This document shows positions 25,527 through 34,570 of a stretch of DNA of 37,582 nt, one piece after another. The notes under the pieces were generated by a model. That model worked only from the letters and a program-made list of their open reading frames with translations, did no database searches and was not told where the DNA came from. Source of the stretch: a virus; the IMG/VR virus record IMGVR_UViG_3300045988_169098. One strand, 5' to 3'. The translations under genes and the position numbers were made by a program. Position 1 is the first letter of the stretch. Each line of letters starts with the position of its first letter.

Positions 25527-25538
25527 AAGGAGCGCATC

Positions 25539-26066
25539 ATGACCCTGAAACTGGGTACAGAGATTCCCGGCACCAGTGCCGAGGGCAACATCACCACCAT
25601 CTGGGTGCCGGCGATTAAGAACATCAAGGCCCCGACCATCATCGAGCTCGAGGCCGGCACCGACATCTCGAACTACGTCATGCTTGGCGGCTGGAGCTTC
25701 GACCCGTCGCAGGACACCGTGTCCGACCAGCGCGAGAACACCGTGCAGGACTTCGGGGCCCCCGGCCGCAAGAGCGCCGGCGACATCAGCATCGAGGTCA
25801 TCGACAACACGAACACGGAGCACAAGGAACAGAACGAGGCCGTCACCCTCATGCACGAGGGCGCGTCCGGCTATATCGTGCGTCGCCGCGGCATGGCCAC
25901 CGACGCGCCATTGGCCTCCGGCCAGAAGCTCACCGTCGTGAGCGTGAAGTGCGGCGAAAAGAAGGTCATCAACCCGGATGCGAACACCATGATCCGCAGT
26001 CAGATCCCGCTGTTCGCTCAGGCTCCCGGCTGGGAGTCCGAGACCGCCGTGCTGACCGCAGCCTGA
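25539..26066 (+). CDS. Major tail protein
   Basis: ATG 25539 after RBS taaggag, 175 aa. Lies between the neck genes and the chaperone/tape-measure genes. Confidence 0.7.
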   Translation: MTLKLGTEIPGTSAEGNITTIWVPAIKNIKAPTIIELEAGTDISNYVMLGGWSFDPSQDTVSDQRENTVQDFGAPGRKSAGDISIEVIDNTNTEHKEQNEAVTLMHEGASGYIVRRRGMATDAPLASGQKLTVVSVKCGEKKVINPDANTMIRSQIPLFAQAPGWESETAVLTAA

Positions 26067-26167
26067 CAAGTTCTTCCGTGCGGGGATTCTAAGCCTTTCT
26101 GGCCCCGCACAGGCATTCTCTCTTCTCTCTCTCAGAAAGGTTTTCAGACTTTCAGAAAGGGATAATC

Positions 26168-26662
26168 ATGGCTTTGGAAGTGAAGCGCAAGCGCGTGGAC
26201 GTCGACCTCATATTGGATCAGGAGAAGGCCGAACAGGTCGCCGCATTGGGAGCAGACCTGGAACGCGCCATGGCGCAGCATGTGACCGAGGGCGGCAACG
26301 CCGCCGCCAAACGCATCGCCGAACAAATCGACAGGCTGCGCGACGAGGTGAAGGACGACACCGTCCGCATCACCCTGGAGGCGCTGCCGCTCTCCCAGTG
26401 GCGTCAGGTACTCGAGGCGAACACCGTCACCGAGAACGGCGTACCGAAACAACACATCGAGGACATCTGCGCCGACGCCGTCAGACTCATGGTCAGGAAG
26501 ACCGTGCCGGAAACCCCCGTGGAAGAGCTGGCCAACGTCATGACCGAACTGTCCGACGGCCAGATCAGCCCCATCTGGTACGCGATCCGTGACCTGAATG
26601 CGAAGCTCATCGACCCAAAAGACGCACTCGAATCAGCCTCGCGGATAATCCGCAGACAGTAA
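26168..26662 (+). CDS. Tail assembly chaperone (gpG-like)
   Basis: 164 aa, immediately upstream of the tape measure gene. Contains the slippery site near its 3' end. Confidence 0.75.
   Translation: MALEVKRKRVDVDLILDQEKAEQVAALGADLERAMAQHVTEGGNAAAKRIAEQIDRLRDEVKDDTVRITLEALPLSQWRQVLEANTVTENGVPKQHIEDICADAVRLMVRKTVPETPVEELANVMTELSDGQISPIWYAIRDLNAKLIDPKDALESASRIIRRQ
26614..26620 (+). promoter_or_regulatory. -1 programmed ribosomal frameshift slippery heptamer C CCA AAA
   Basis: In the zero frame the codons are gaC CCA AAA gac (D P K D). The -1 frame is open from 26593 to 27030. Confidence 0.7.
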
Positions 26663-27030
26663 GGGAACTGCGAATCTGCCAGAAGCTCGGCATCAGCTAC
26701 AAGCGTTGGCTCGGCTGGGAACCGTCGTATCGGGTGGAAAGGGACGGGCATAGGCGCATCACCGGCTACACGCCGGAAACCGAATGGGATGCGACCGAAC
26801 GCGAATGGATGCTCGCACTCGACGAATACGAGCGCACGCTGTGTCCGCGCTGCGGGATGCCCGTCAGCATATGCCACGACGAGCTGGCCCCCACCAAATA
26901 CGCGAGCGAGGTCGGCGTCTGTCAGATCGACCTGATGCGCCGCATCGGGCTCGAAGAATACCGCAAGGACCATTCCGCGGAATCCGCCACGAAACTTGAC
27001 TCACTGACCGTGGGCATCAACCCACGATGA
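26620..27030 (+). CDS. gpT-like extension of the tail assembly chaperone (expressed as a G-T fusion by -1 frameshift)
   Basis: The -1 frame continues ...LIDPK|RRTRISLADNPQTVRELRICQKLGISYKRWLGWEPSYRVERDGH... to a stop at 27030. The predicted fusion is about 287 aa. Track ORF 26734..27030 is the tail of this frame. Confidence 0.65.
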   Translation, partial: RRTRISLADNPQTVRELRICQKLGISYKRWLGWEPSYRVERDGHRRITGYTPETEWDATEREWMLALDEYERTLCPRCGMPVSICHDELAPTKYASEVGVCQIDLMRRIGLEEYRKDHSAESATKLDSLTVGINPR

Positions 27031-27049
27031 TCCGACAGGAGGATATGCC

Positions 27050-30000
27050 ATGGCCGGTGGCCTGAACCGCAACATCACCGTCCGCCTGCTCGCGGACACC
27101 AGCAATTTCACCGCCGGCATGGCCAAAGTGTCCGGCGAAAGCCAGAAGACCGCGACCACCATGGAAGCCGCCGGAGGCAAATCGAAGCTCATCACCACCG
27201 GCATCGCGGCGGCCGGTGTCGCCGCCACCGCGCTGGGCGTGGCCGCTGTCAGGATGGCGGCGGACTTCGACGCCAGCATGTCGACGGTGCAGGCCAACAC
27301 CGGAGCCAGCGCAGATGAGATGAATCAGCTCCGTCAGGCCGCCATCGACGCCGGCGCCGACACCATATACTCGGCCACCGAATCCGCCGACGCCATCAAC
27401 GAACTCGGCAAAGCCGGCCTATCGACCTCGGATATTCTCTCCGGCGGTTTGAGCGGCGCATTGAACCTCGCAGCGTCCGACGGCATGGCCGTAGGCGACG
27501 CCGCCGAACTCATGGCCACCACCCTCAAACAGTTCAACCTGACGGGCGCCGAATCCACTCAGGTGGCCGACGCGCTGGCGGCCGGCGCAGGCAAGGCCGT
27601 CGGTTCCGCCCATGACCTCGGCCTCGCATTGAATCAGGCGGGTCTGGTGGCCAACAGCATGGGCGTCAGCATGCAGGAGACCACCGGCACGCTCGCCGCG
27701 TTCGCCAACGCCGGCATGATAGGCAGTGACGCGGGCACCAGCCTCAAGACCATGCTCCAACGACTGGCCAGCCCCACCGACAAGGCGCAGACCCTCATGG
27801 ACGAGCTCGGCATCAACGTGTACGACGCCAATGGCAAGTTCATCGGCCTTGCCGGTGCCGCAGGCCAATTGCAGAACGGTTTGAGCGGCCTGAGTCAACA
27901 GGAACGCAATGCCGCGCTCAACACCATCTTCGGAGCCGACGCGGTGCGAGCCGCGAACGTGCTCTACGAGCAGGGCGCGGAAGGCATCGACGACTGGACG
28001 AAAGCCGTCAGCCAATCCGGCTACGCCGCGGACCTCGCCGCCAAGAAGAACGACAACCTGAAAGGCGATCTGGAGAATCTGAGCGGCTCTTTCGAATCCC
28101 TCATGATCTCTTTGGGCGAGGGAGGTCAGGGACCATTGCGCTCCCTCGTGCAGACACTCGACACCCTTGTTGACGGTTTCGCGTCATTGCCTGCGCCCGT
28201 ACAGCAGTCCATAGTGCTGATGGCGGCTCTGGTTGGAGGCAGTGTCGCAGTCCACAAAGCGATGGGGCCGCTGAACTCTAGCAGCAGCCAGCTTGCGCAA
28301 ACCCTCGGATTGATTGCCGACCCAGGGCAAAGGCTCATAGGCCTCGGCTCCGGAATCGCGTCAGCGTTCCAGACATGGGGCGCAACTTTCGGCAGTGCAG
28401 AATCTCAGATAAACACGTTTGGCACCACTATCAGTCGTTCCCAAGGCATTATGGCCGGTTTCAAAAACCTGGGAAGCGGCATAGTATCGTTGCTGGGCGG
28501 ACCATGGGGCATGGCCATCACCGCCGCAGGACTCGCGTTGTTCGCTTTCGCGCAGGATCAGCAGGCCGCCACGCAACGAGTGGACGAACTCACCCAGGCG
28601 TTGCAGAGCGGACAAAGCGCCGCCGAATACTTCAACAAGGCGCTCTCCGAAAGCGATTCGTCACGCTACACGGCCGACATATTCAGCCGTTGGACCTCCG
28701 GCTACGACAATGTGCGAGAAGCACTCGACAAGATCGGCATCGCCCACAGCACCTACATCAAGGCCATACAAGGCGAGCCCGAAGCGATTCTGCGAGTCCG
28801 CGAACAGGCCGACAGCTACCGTGACTCGCTCGGCGGCATCAACCAGATGTGGGACCGCACCTCCAACGTTGCCTACGGCGTACTGAGCGAACAGCAGGAG
28901 ATCTTCGAGAAATCAGCCGCAGCGGCCAAGGAGGACGCGGCCAACTCGAAGGCCGCCGCACAGGAGAAACTGGCGCAGACGCTGGCCACGTCCGGATTGG
29001 TCGACGCGCAGTCGGCGAACGCGGACGCCACGCAGGAATCAGCTGACGCCCAATCTATCCTTCAGGATGGTTTGGGAGCGACCACCGACGGCATCAACGA
29101 GCAGGCCACCGCCTTGGGCGAGGTCATTGACGCGCTCGGAACCTACTACGGTTTCGCGCTCTCCAGCTCCAACGCGCTCATCTCCATGCATGACTCGTTC
29201 GACAAGGCGACCGAAAGCGTGCAGAAGAACGGGCAGACGCTCGACCTGAACACCGAACAGGGACGAGCCAACCAGAGCGCGTTGAACGATCTCGCCGAAT
29301 CCGCGTTGAAGGCGGCGGAAGCCCAGTCACGCAACGGCGAAGGACTCGAAGCGGTCAACGGCACCCTTGACCTGGCACGCGAGAAATACATCGCAGCTGC
29401 ACATGCGATGGGCATGACCCCGGAAGCCGCAGAAGCCGCAGCCAACGCCGCCGGCCTGACCAAGGACAAGTTCGACCAGCTCGCCACCAGCGTCAACAGC
29501 ATCCCCGGATCCAAAGCCATCGACGTGAACGCCCACACCGAACCGGCCAAGAACAGCCTGACCGACCTCGGCATGACGGTGGCGAAACTTCCTAACGGCG
29601 AAATCAAAATCGACGGCGACAACACACAGGCACTCGCCGCCATCGAGGCGGTCAACGGCGTCGAAGTGGATCCGCACACCGGTGTCATCACCATGGACAA
29701 AAGCCAGTACGACACCGCCCTCGCATTGGCGAACGGAGCGACGATCGATCCGAAGACCGGTCATCTGATGGGTGACAACAGCGACTATTGGAAGAAGATA
29801 GCCGAAGCGAACGGCTGGACCATCGACCCGCATACCGGCATGATCTACGCGGATGACGGTCAGGCCATGAGCGTCATCACCAATCTGAACAACACGCAGA
29901 TCGCGGACAAGTACTTCACCATCCATGGCAGCTACGTCGATGATTCAGGCGGCACGTATTCGTCCAGTGGTTATCGTCCGGCCGGTGCGATGGGCAATAT

Positions 30001-30391
30001 CCCCACCGGTAAGACCGGCGGCCTGTTCACCGGTTATGGGGTTTCGATGCGCGGCTACGCCACTGGCGGCAGTGTCATCGAGGGCCTCCTGCCAGGCAAG
30101 GCGAGCATCACGGGCGGCGACAACATCACGTTGGCGAACGCGCGAGTCAAGAGTGGCGAATTCGTGTCCAATGTGAAATCCGTCGCATATTATGGCGCCG
30201 ACACATACGCGGCCATGAACCGCCGGCAGATACCCAAGGAATCGTTCTCCGGCCGGGATATCGACGTGAGCGGCGTCATCGAGGAGATACGTTCCTTCCG
30301 CGAGCAGATCGGCCCAATCATCAGCGCGTATGCCCCGCAACTCGGCAAACGCGACTTACAGCGGCTCACCAAGGAGGTTTTGCGCACATGA
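27050..30391 (+). CDS. Tape measure protein
   Basis: 1113 aa. The N-terminal region FDASMSTVQANTGASADEMNQLRQAAIDAGADTIYSATESADAINELGKAG is typical of TMPs. It also has hydrophobic central segments, and its size and position fit. Confidence 0.9.
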   Translation: MAGGLNRNITVRLLADTSNFTAGMAKVSGESQKTATTMEAAGGKSKLITTGIAAAGVAATALGVAAVRMAADFDASMSTVQANTGASADEMNQLRQAAIDAGADTIYSATESADAINELGKAGLSTSDILSGGLSGALNLAASDGMAVGDAAELMATTLKQFNLTGAESTQVADALAAGAGKAVGSAHDLGLALNQAGLVANSMGVSMQETTGTLAAFANAGMIGSDAGTSLKTMLQRLASPTDKAQTLMDELGINVYDANGKFIGLAGAAGQLQNGLSGLSQQERNAALNTIFGADAVRAANVLYEQGAEGIDDWTKAVSQSGYAADLAAKKNDNLKGDLENLSGSFESLMISLGEGGQGPLRSLVQTLDTLVDGFASLPAPVQQSIVLMAALVGGSVAVHKAMGPLNSSSSQLAQTLGLIADPGQRLIGLGSGIASAFQTWGATFGSAESQINTFGTTISRSQGIMAGFKNLGSGIVSLLGGPWGMAITAAGLALFAFAQDQQAATQRVDELTQALQSGQSAAEYFNKALSESDSSRYTADIFSRWTSGYDNVREALDKIGIAHSTYIKAIQGEPEAILRVREQADSYRDSLGGINQMWDRTSNVAYGVLSEQQEIFEKSAAAAKEDAANSKAAAQEKLAQTLATSGLVDAQSANADATQESADAQSILQDGLGATTDGINEQATALGEVIDALGTYYGFALSSSNALISMHDSFDKATESVQKNGQTLDLNTEQGRANQSALNDLAESALKAAEAQSRNGEGLEAVNGTLDLAREKYIAAAHAMGMTPEAAEAAANAAGLTKDKFDQLATSVNSIPGSKAIDVNAHTEPAKNSLTDLGMTVAKLPNGEIKIDGDNTQALAAIEAVNGVEVDPHTGVITMDKSQYDTALALANGATIDPKTGHLMGDNSDYWKKIAEANGWTIDPHTGMIYADDGQAMSVITNLNNTQIADKYFTIHGSYVDDSGGTYSSSGYRPAGAMGNIPTGKTGGLFTGYGVSMRGYATGGSVIEGLLPGKASITGGDNITLANARVKSGEFVSNVKSVAYYGADTYAAMNRRQIPKESFSGRDIDVSGVIEEIRSFREQIGPIISAYAPQLGKRDLQRLTKEVLRT

Positions 30392-31224
30392 TGCACACGC
30401 TCACCTACACGTCAAACCGCGCCGGAACCGTGATTGATCTCGCCGACCCGGAGGGAATCATGTGCGGACAGATCCTGGAGCTACGCACCCGCACGTGGGA
30501 GTTCGAGCTCGGCTACCGGTCATTGCATGCCACGCGGCCCGCGAAGACCGTCAAGGTCACCGGGCTCGTCTACGGTATCCCGGCGCTCGAAAAGGCCGAG
30601 GAACTGTTCGACGCGGACATGTACGCCTACCTCAACGATGCCGCGAAACCCGGCGTCATCACGGTGGACGGATGGTCACAGACCTGCCTCGTGGTCGGCC
30701 ACGAACCTGACTACACGTCACCCCTGCTCGTGCGCGGCGATTTCACGGTCGCCTTGCTTGACGGGGTGTGGCACAAACCGGTCAGGCAGAGCTTCAGCCG
30801 GTCGACGACCCGCTACAACAGAGGCAAGGACTATCCCTACGACTATCGCTACGATTACGCGCCGACCCGCAACGTCAGCAGCATCGACAACCAATCCGCC
30901 CTGCCCTCGCGGATGAGGCTCACCATTTACGGGCCGGTCTCTACGCCGAGCATCATCATCGGCGGCAACAAGGTGATAGCCGACGTGAGCGTCCCATCCG
31001 GCGGCTACCTCATCATCGACGGCACCGGCTCACCACGCACGGCCGTGATGGTCGCCGCCAACGGCGACATCACCAACGTGTTCGACAAAACGCATCGCGA
31101 CCAGGCCTCCAACGAATACGCGTTCGCCACCCTCCCGCCGGGACTGCAGCAGGTCTCATGGGATGAATCGTTCGGGTTCGACGTGGAGTACTGGTTGGAG
31201 CAGACGGGACTGCCATGGACCTGA
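30388..31224 (+). CDS. Distal tail protein (Dit-like)
   Basis: 278 aa with ATGA overlap on the TMP stop. First gene after the TMP. Confidence 0.6.
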   Translation: MMHTLTYTSNRAGTVIDLADPEGIMCGQILELRTRTWEFELGYRSLHATRPAKTVKVTGLVYGIPALEKAEELFDADMYAYLNDAAKPGVITVDGWSQTCLVVGHEPDYTSPLLVRGDFTVALLDGVWHKPVRQSFSRSTTRYNRGKDYPYDYRYDYAPTRNVSSIDNQSALPSRMRLTIYGPVSTPSIIIGGNKVIADVSVPSGGYLIIDGTGSPRTAVMVAANGDITNVFDKTHRDQASNEYAFATLPPGLQQVSWDESFGFDVEYWLEQTGLPWT

Positions 31225-32198
31225 TCTGGACCAATACCGCTCACGTGCCACAAGGCGAACTCGTCTCCCCCGCACTCGACCTGCAGTACGGCGACGAGCA
31301 GAATGATTTCGAACTCACTCACTCCACCCCCGGACTGCTGCTCTCCGACGGCTGCTACATCGGGGCGGAAGGCACCGAGTTCGGAGGCCGCGTCGACGCG
31401 GTGCGTATCACTGTGGATGACGGGCATGCCCTGTATACGCTCACCGGCCGCACATGGCACGGTTTGCTCGCAGGCAAGATCCTCCAACCCGACCCCGGCA
31501 CCGACCGGCTCACGGTCTCCGGCGACGCCAACAGCATCATCCGCACGATAATCAGCCGGATCGGACTGTCCACGGTGTTCGACGTGCCCTCGGAAACGAG
31601 CGGCATCACCCTCAGCAACTATTCGTTCCGCCGGTACATTACCGCGTGGGACGGGTTGCGCATGATGCTCACCGCGCAGGGAGCCAGACTCGACCTGACC
31701 TACACCGCTGGACGCTGCCGGATTCGCGCGGTCGCCGCCGACACGTACGGCGACGCGGACAGCGACCAGCGCATCAGTTTCGAGGCGCAACGCATCTGGA
31801 CCCAAGTCAACCACCTCACGGGCCTGGGCAAAGGCCAGCTGCGCAACAGGGCGCGCAGCGACTGGTATGCGGATGCGTCCGGCAACATCTCCCAGACCCA
31901 GACTCTGACCGGCGACCGGGAGATAGCTCAGATCTACGAGCTCACATCCTCCGAAGGCGCCGAATTGTCCGACCAGACCAGGGACAAGCTCAAGGACATG
32001 TGGAAACAGGGCACCGTCGATTTGACGATCCCCGAGAACCTTGGCCTGCATATCGACGACCATGTGCGCGCCTACGATGCGCTGACCGGCGTCAGCGTGG
32101 ACAGCCCCATCGTGCGCATCACCGTCAAACTCGCCAACGGCACACCAACCATCCGATACGAAGCCGGCCAATACAGTTGGCCCGATGAACAAGACTAA
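31215..32198 (+). CDS. Tail-associated / baseplate hub-like minor tail protein (Tal-like, short)
   Basis: 327 aa, overlapping the Dit stop. Second gene after the TMP. Confidence 0.5.
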   Translation: MDLIWTNTAHVPQGELVSPALDLQYGDEQNDFELTHSTPGLLLSDGCYIGAEGTEFGGRVDAVRITVDDGHALYTLTGRTWHGLLAGKILQPDPGTDRLTVSGDANSIIRTIISRIGLSTVFDVPSETSGITLSNYSFRRYITAWDGLRMMLTAQGARLDLTYTAGRCRIRAVAADTYGDADSDQRISFEAQRIWTQVNHLTGLGKGQLRNRARSDWYADASGNISQTQTLTGDREIAQIYELTSSEGAELSDQTRDKLKDMWKQGTVDLTIPENLGLHIDDHVRAYDALTGVSVDSPIVRITVKLANGTPTIRYEAGQYSWPDEQD

Positions 32199-32207
32199 AG
32201 GAGCATC

Positions 32208-32456
32208 ATGCCGAAACAGCCCAACATCACCCTCTACTCCTGTGATCGGCCTTCGTGCGTCAACAAGGAATACGTGTTGCCCAACGCGACGGCCAGCCCC
32301 AACTGGCACGAGGTCACGCGCGTCGACCGCAACGGCAACCAGAGGAAAATCCTTTTTTGCGAATCCGACTACCAGCAGTACCTACAGTTGGCCGAAAATC
32401 AGGACAAGGATTATGACCTCTGGCTCAACAAGTCCCTCAACGCGGAAGGTAAGTGA
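32208..32456 (+). CDS. Hypothetical small tail-module protein
   Basis: 82-aa ORF (MPKQPNITLYSCDRPSCVNKEY...) with RBS aaggag. Confidence 0.6.
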   Translation: MPKQPNITLYSCDRPSCVNKEYVLPNATASPNWHEVTRVDRNGNQRKILFCESDYQQYLQLAENQDKDYDLWLNKSLNAEGK

Positions 32457-32458
32457 TC

Positions 32459-33295
32459 ATGGCAACAAATCTGCTTGTAACCGGCTCGCACGGCGGCGAC
32501 GACCCGCACGTGGAATCGAAGCATGACGCGCTCATGCACGCCGCCATGCTCGGTCGAAGCGGATACATTTTGAAAACCCGGAATTGGACGATGAAACCGA
32601 CGGCGAAGGATGCGAACAACATCACCATCCCAGCATGGGACCTCGTGGTCGAGGGCCGGCAGATCTACATCGCCGCACCGACCGACGTGAACATCCAATC
32701 CGGCTCGCAAGGGCAAAAACGACGCGATCTCATCGTGGCCCGGTACGCGTTGAACTCAGGCACCGGCGTGGAGACGGTCACCCTCGAAGCCATCAAGGGC
32801 GTGCCCAGCTCGGGCACGCCCGCGGATCCGGGCATCGAGACCGGCAGCATCATCGGCGGGGCCATCGTCTCCGACCTGCCACTCTGCCGCGTCAACCTCG
32901 ACGGCATCACCATCACATCGATTGACACACTGGTCAATGTTCTCCAACCCCTAGAGGATGTGTGGGATTCCCTAACCCAGCGTTCTACGATGTGGCGAGT
33001 ACCTTACAGCAGAGACAGCATTTTGCTTACGCGCATCGGTGATATCTGTTTCATGGGTGGCAACGTAAAATTCAACAGTAGCGGGCAGAACAATTACACG
33101 AAGGCTCAGGAGAAGCTCCCCGAAGGGTATCGACCCGTCATCGTCAATACGCCCGTGGCCGTTTTCGGTGGTGAAACGACATTCATCTGTTACGGCGAGG
33201 CCAATGGCACCGTCACGATGCTCGGCAATCCGAACAGCGCGTACGCGGGATGCACCGGCGTATGGAGGACCGCCGACCCGATGCCCGCCGCATAG
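32459..33295 (+). CDS. Receptor-binding / tail tip protein with exchangeable C-terminus (currently carries cassette 0)
   Basis: 278 aa from ATG 32459 (GTG 32453 is an alternative). Last tail gene. Contains the crossover site at codons VWDSLTQ (32960-32980). The constant part runs to about aa 170 and the variable part is 32969-33295. Confidence 0.75.
   Translation: MATNLLVTGSHGGDDPHVESKHDALMHAAMLGRSGYILKTRNWTMKPTAKDANNITIPAWDLVVEGRQIYIAAPTDVNIQSGSQGQKRRDLIVARYALNSGTGVETVTLEAIKGVPSSGTPADPGIETGSIIGGAIVSDLPLCRVNLDGITITSIDTLVNVLQPLEDVWDSLTQRSTMWRVPYSRDSILLTRIGDICFMGGNVKFNSSGQNNYTKAQEKLPEGYRPVIVNTPVAVFGGETTFICYGEANGTVTMLGNPNSAYAGCTGVWRTADPMPAA
32964..32978 (+). repeat. Shufflon crossover site S0 (inside the expressed gene)
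   Basis: GGGATTCCCTAACCC. The 11-bp core TTCCCTAACCC (32968-32978) is shared with S1-S4. The full 15 bp form a perfect inverted repeat with S4. Confidence 0.8.
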
Positions 33296-33346
33296 CTTCG
33301 GGACACTGGCTCAGGCGGTTGCACTGTCTTGCAGTGACCCCACGGG

Positions 33347-33661
33347 TCATAGCGCGTATGAGACGGTCATGCCGAACGCGTTCGTGCCCTGCGTGCCGCC
33401 CTGGTTGTTGTAGGTCATGGTGCCGTTGGCGTTCACGTTGATGGTCTTCTGGTTGGCCCCGTCGCGTCCGCCGTAGGAGAAGTTCAAGTCCATCGGGGGA
33501 CGCCATCCTTCGGGCAGAGTGCCGAACGTGCCGCTGTTCCAGGAGCCGGAGGCCGACGACTTCCAGTCGATTCGCAACGTCACCATCGGCCCGGACCTAT
33601 AGCCCTTAACGGTGCCGTAATTGCCACTGATGAGGGTCGTGACATCGGTGTGGGTTAGGGA
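33347..33661 (-). CDS. Silent RBP C-terminal cassette 1 (start-less, in frame with site S1)
   Basis: Minus-strand frame from the site: SLTHTDVTTLISGNYGTVKGYRSGPMVTLRIDWKSS...LPEGWRPP...MTVSYAL*. There is no RBS or start at its 5' end. Track ORF 33347..33586 is its distal part. Confidence 0.75.
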   Translation of the reverse strand, partial: SLTHTDVTTLISGNYGTVKGYRSGPMVTLRIDWKSSASGSWNSGTFGTLPEGWRPPMDLNFSYGGRDGANQKTINVNANGTMTYNNQGGTQGTNAFGMTVSYAL

Positions 33662-33662
33662 A
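33652..33662 (-). repeat. Shufflon site S1 (inverted relative to S0)
   Basis: GGGTTAGGGAA followed by aa and then CTA, which is the stop codon of cassette 2 on the minus strand. Confidence 0.8.
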
Positions 33663-33664
33663 AA

Positions 33665-33958
33665 CTATTGCCTGTTCCAGATTGCGATCCAGCTTCCGAA
33701 TATCGCGACCCTCCCGCACCAGCGGTTGTCTTTGGTGTTCCACAGGCGGAAGCGTATCTGGTTTACGTCGCTGGTATCCCAACGTTGTGCGGTGCACTCG
33801 CCGGCCTGGGCGAAACCAGTGCCGAACGGCCCAATCGTGTAGGCCGCGTAATCGGCTTTCTTCCCGTTTGGGGATTGGACGTTGATGTAGAATGTGCCGT
33901 CATCATTCGTGGTGACGGTATGGCCTCCGCACAGAATATACGGCATTCGGGTTAGGGA
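33665..33958 (-). CDS. Silent RBP C-terminal cassette 2
   Basis: SLTRMPYILCGGHTVTTNDDGTFYINVQSPNGKKADYAAYTIGPF...GSWIAIWNRQ*, in phase with the SLT codons of S2. Confidence 0.75.
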   Translation of the reverse strand, partial: SLTRMPYILCGGHTVTTNDDGTFYINVQSPNGKKADYAAYTIGPFGTGFAQAGECTAQRWDTSDVNQIRFRLWNTKDNRWCGRVAIFGSWIAIWNRQ

Positions 33959-33959
33959 A
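33949..33959 (-). repeat. Shufflon site S2
   Basis: GGGTTAGGGAA followed by ag and then CTA (stop of cassette 3). Confidence 0.8.
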
Positions 33960-33961
33960 AG

Positions 33962-34243
33962 CTAGTTCCATATCGCAACCCATGAGAATCTTGCAGGCCA
34001 TCTTGCGCCGAACTCTCCAGTACGGGTGTCCATCAATCGCATTTGTGCCGAGTCCACACCATTCTCCCAAATGGTTATGGCCAAGCCTCGCATGTCGTCC
34101 GAGGGCCACGGCCCGGGGGTGGCGACAATTACGTCAGGCGCCTTGCCGTTGGGAGATTGGTAGGAGATGACGCAAATGCCGTTCTCGTTGGAACTCCCAA
34201 TGAACACGCCTGATTGGACGGACGTGGGCAGTGGGGTTAGGGA
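33962..34243 (-). CDS. Silent RBP C-terminal cassette 3
   Basis: SLTPLPTSVQSGVFIGSSNENGICVISYQSPNGKAPDVIVATPGPW...FSWVAIWN*, a paralogue of cassette 2. Confidence 0.75.
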   Translation of the reverse strand, partial: SLTPLPTSVQSGVFIGSSNENGICVISYQSPNGKAPDVIVATPGPWPSDDMRGLAITIWENGVDSAQMRLMDTRTGEFGARWPARFSWVAIWN

Positions 34244-34244
34244 A
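34234..34244 (-). repeat. Shufflon site S3
   Basis: GGGTTAGGGAA followed by ag and then CTA (stop of cassette 4). Confidence 0.8.
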
Positions 34245-34246
34245 AG

Positions 34247-34570
34247 CTACGCGGTAATCCAACAGCCGGATATACCGACGAATCGGCCGGTACATCCGGT
34301 GCCGTTCAACACCATTTTCCCCTCCGGCGTGCCGTAAAGGTAGAAACTGATTGCACCGCTGTTGTCGGTGCCGCGCATGACCGCGCGGGAATCGCCGGAC
34401 GGTCTGAAACCCTCCGGGATTGTCTCGTTGACGGATGTGTTGCCGGTCTGATTGAAATTGCTTGTCAGCGTGATATACGCGCAGGCGGTGACAATACGGC
34501 CGACACGAACCAGAGTGATATGCCTATCGGAGTACGGTATCCTGACTTGGCCCGTGACAGGGGTTAGGGA
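34247..34570 (-). CDS. Silent RBP C-terminal cassette 4 (absent from the ORF track: no usable Met)
   Basis: Hand translation from S4: SLTPVTGQVRIPYSDRHITLVRVGRIVTACAYITLTSNFNQTGNTSVNETIPEGFRPSGDSRAVMRGTDNSGAISFYLYGTPEGKMVLNGTGCTGRFVGISGCWITA*. It is a paralogue of the expressed C-terminus. Confidence 0.7.
   Translation of the reverse strand, partial: SLTPVTGQVRIPYSDRHITLVRVGRIVTACAYITLTSNFNQTGNTSVNETIPEGFRPSGDSRAVMRGTDNSGAISFYLYGTPEGKMVLNGTGCTGRFVGISGCWITA

Noticed and set aside
26117-26160. CT-rich tract and duplicated TCAGAAAGG (26132-26140, 26152-26160) upstream of the chaperone gene.
   Set aside because: It is short and sits in the leader/RBS region after a hairpin (26078-26110). It is most simply an untranslated leader containing the RBS, with no further structure to support a specific element.
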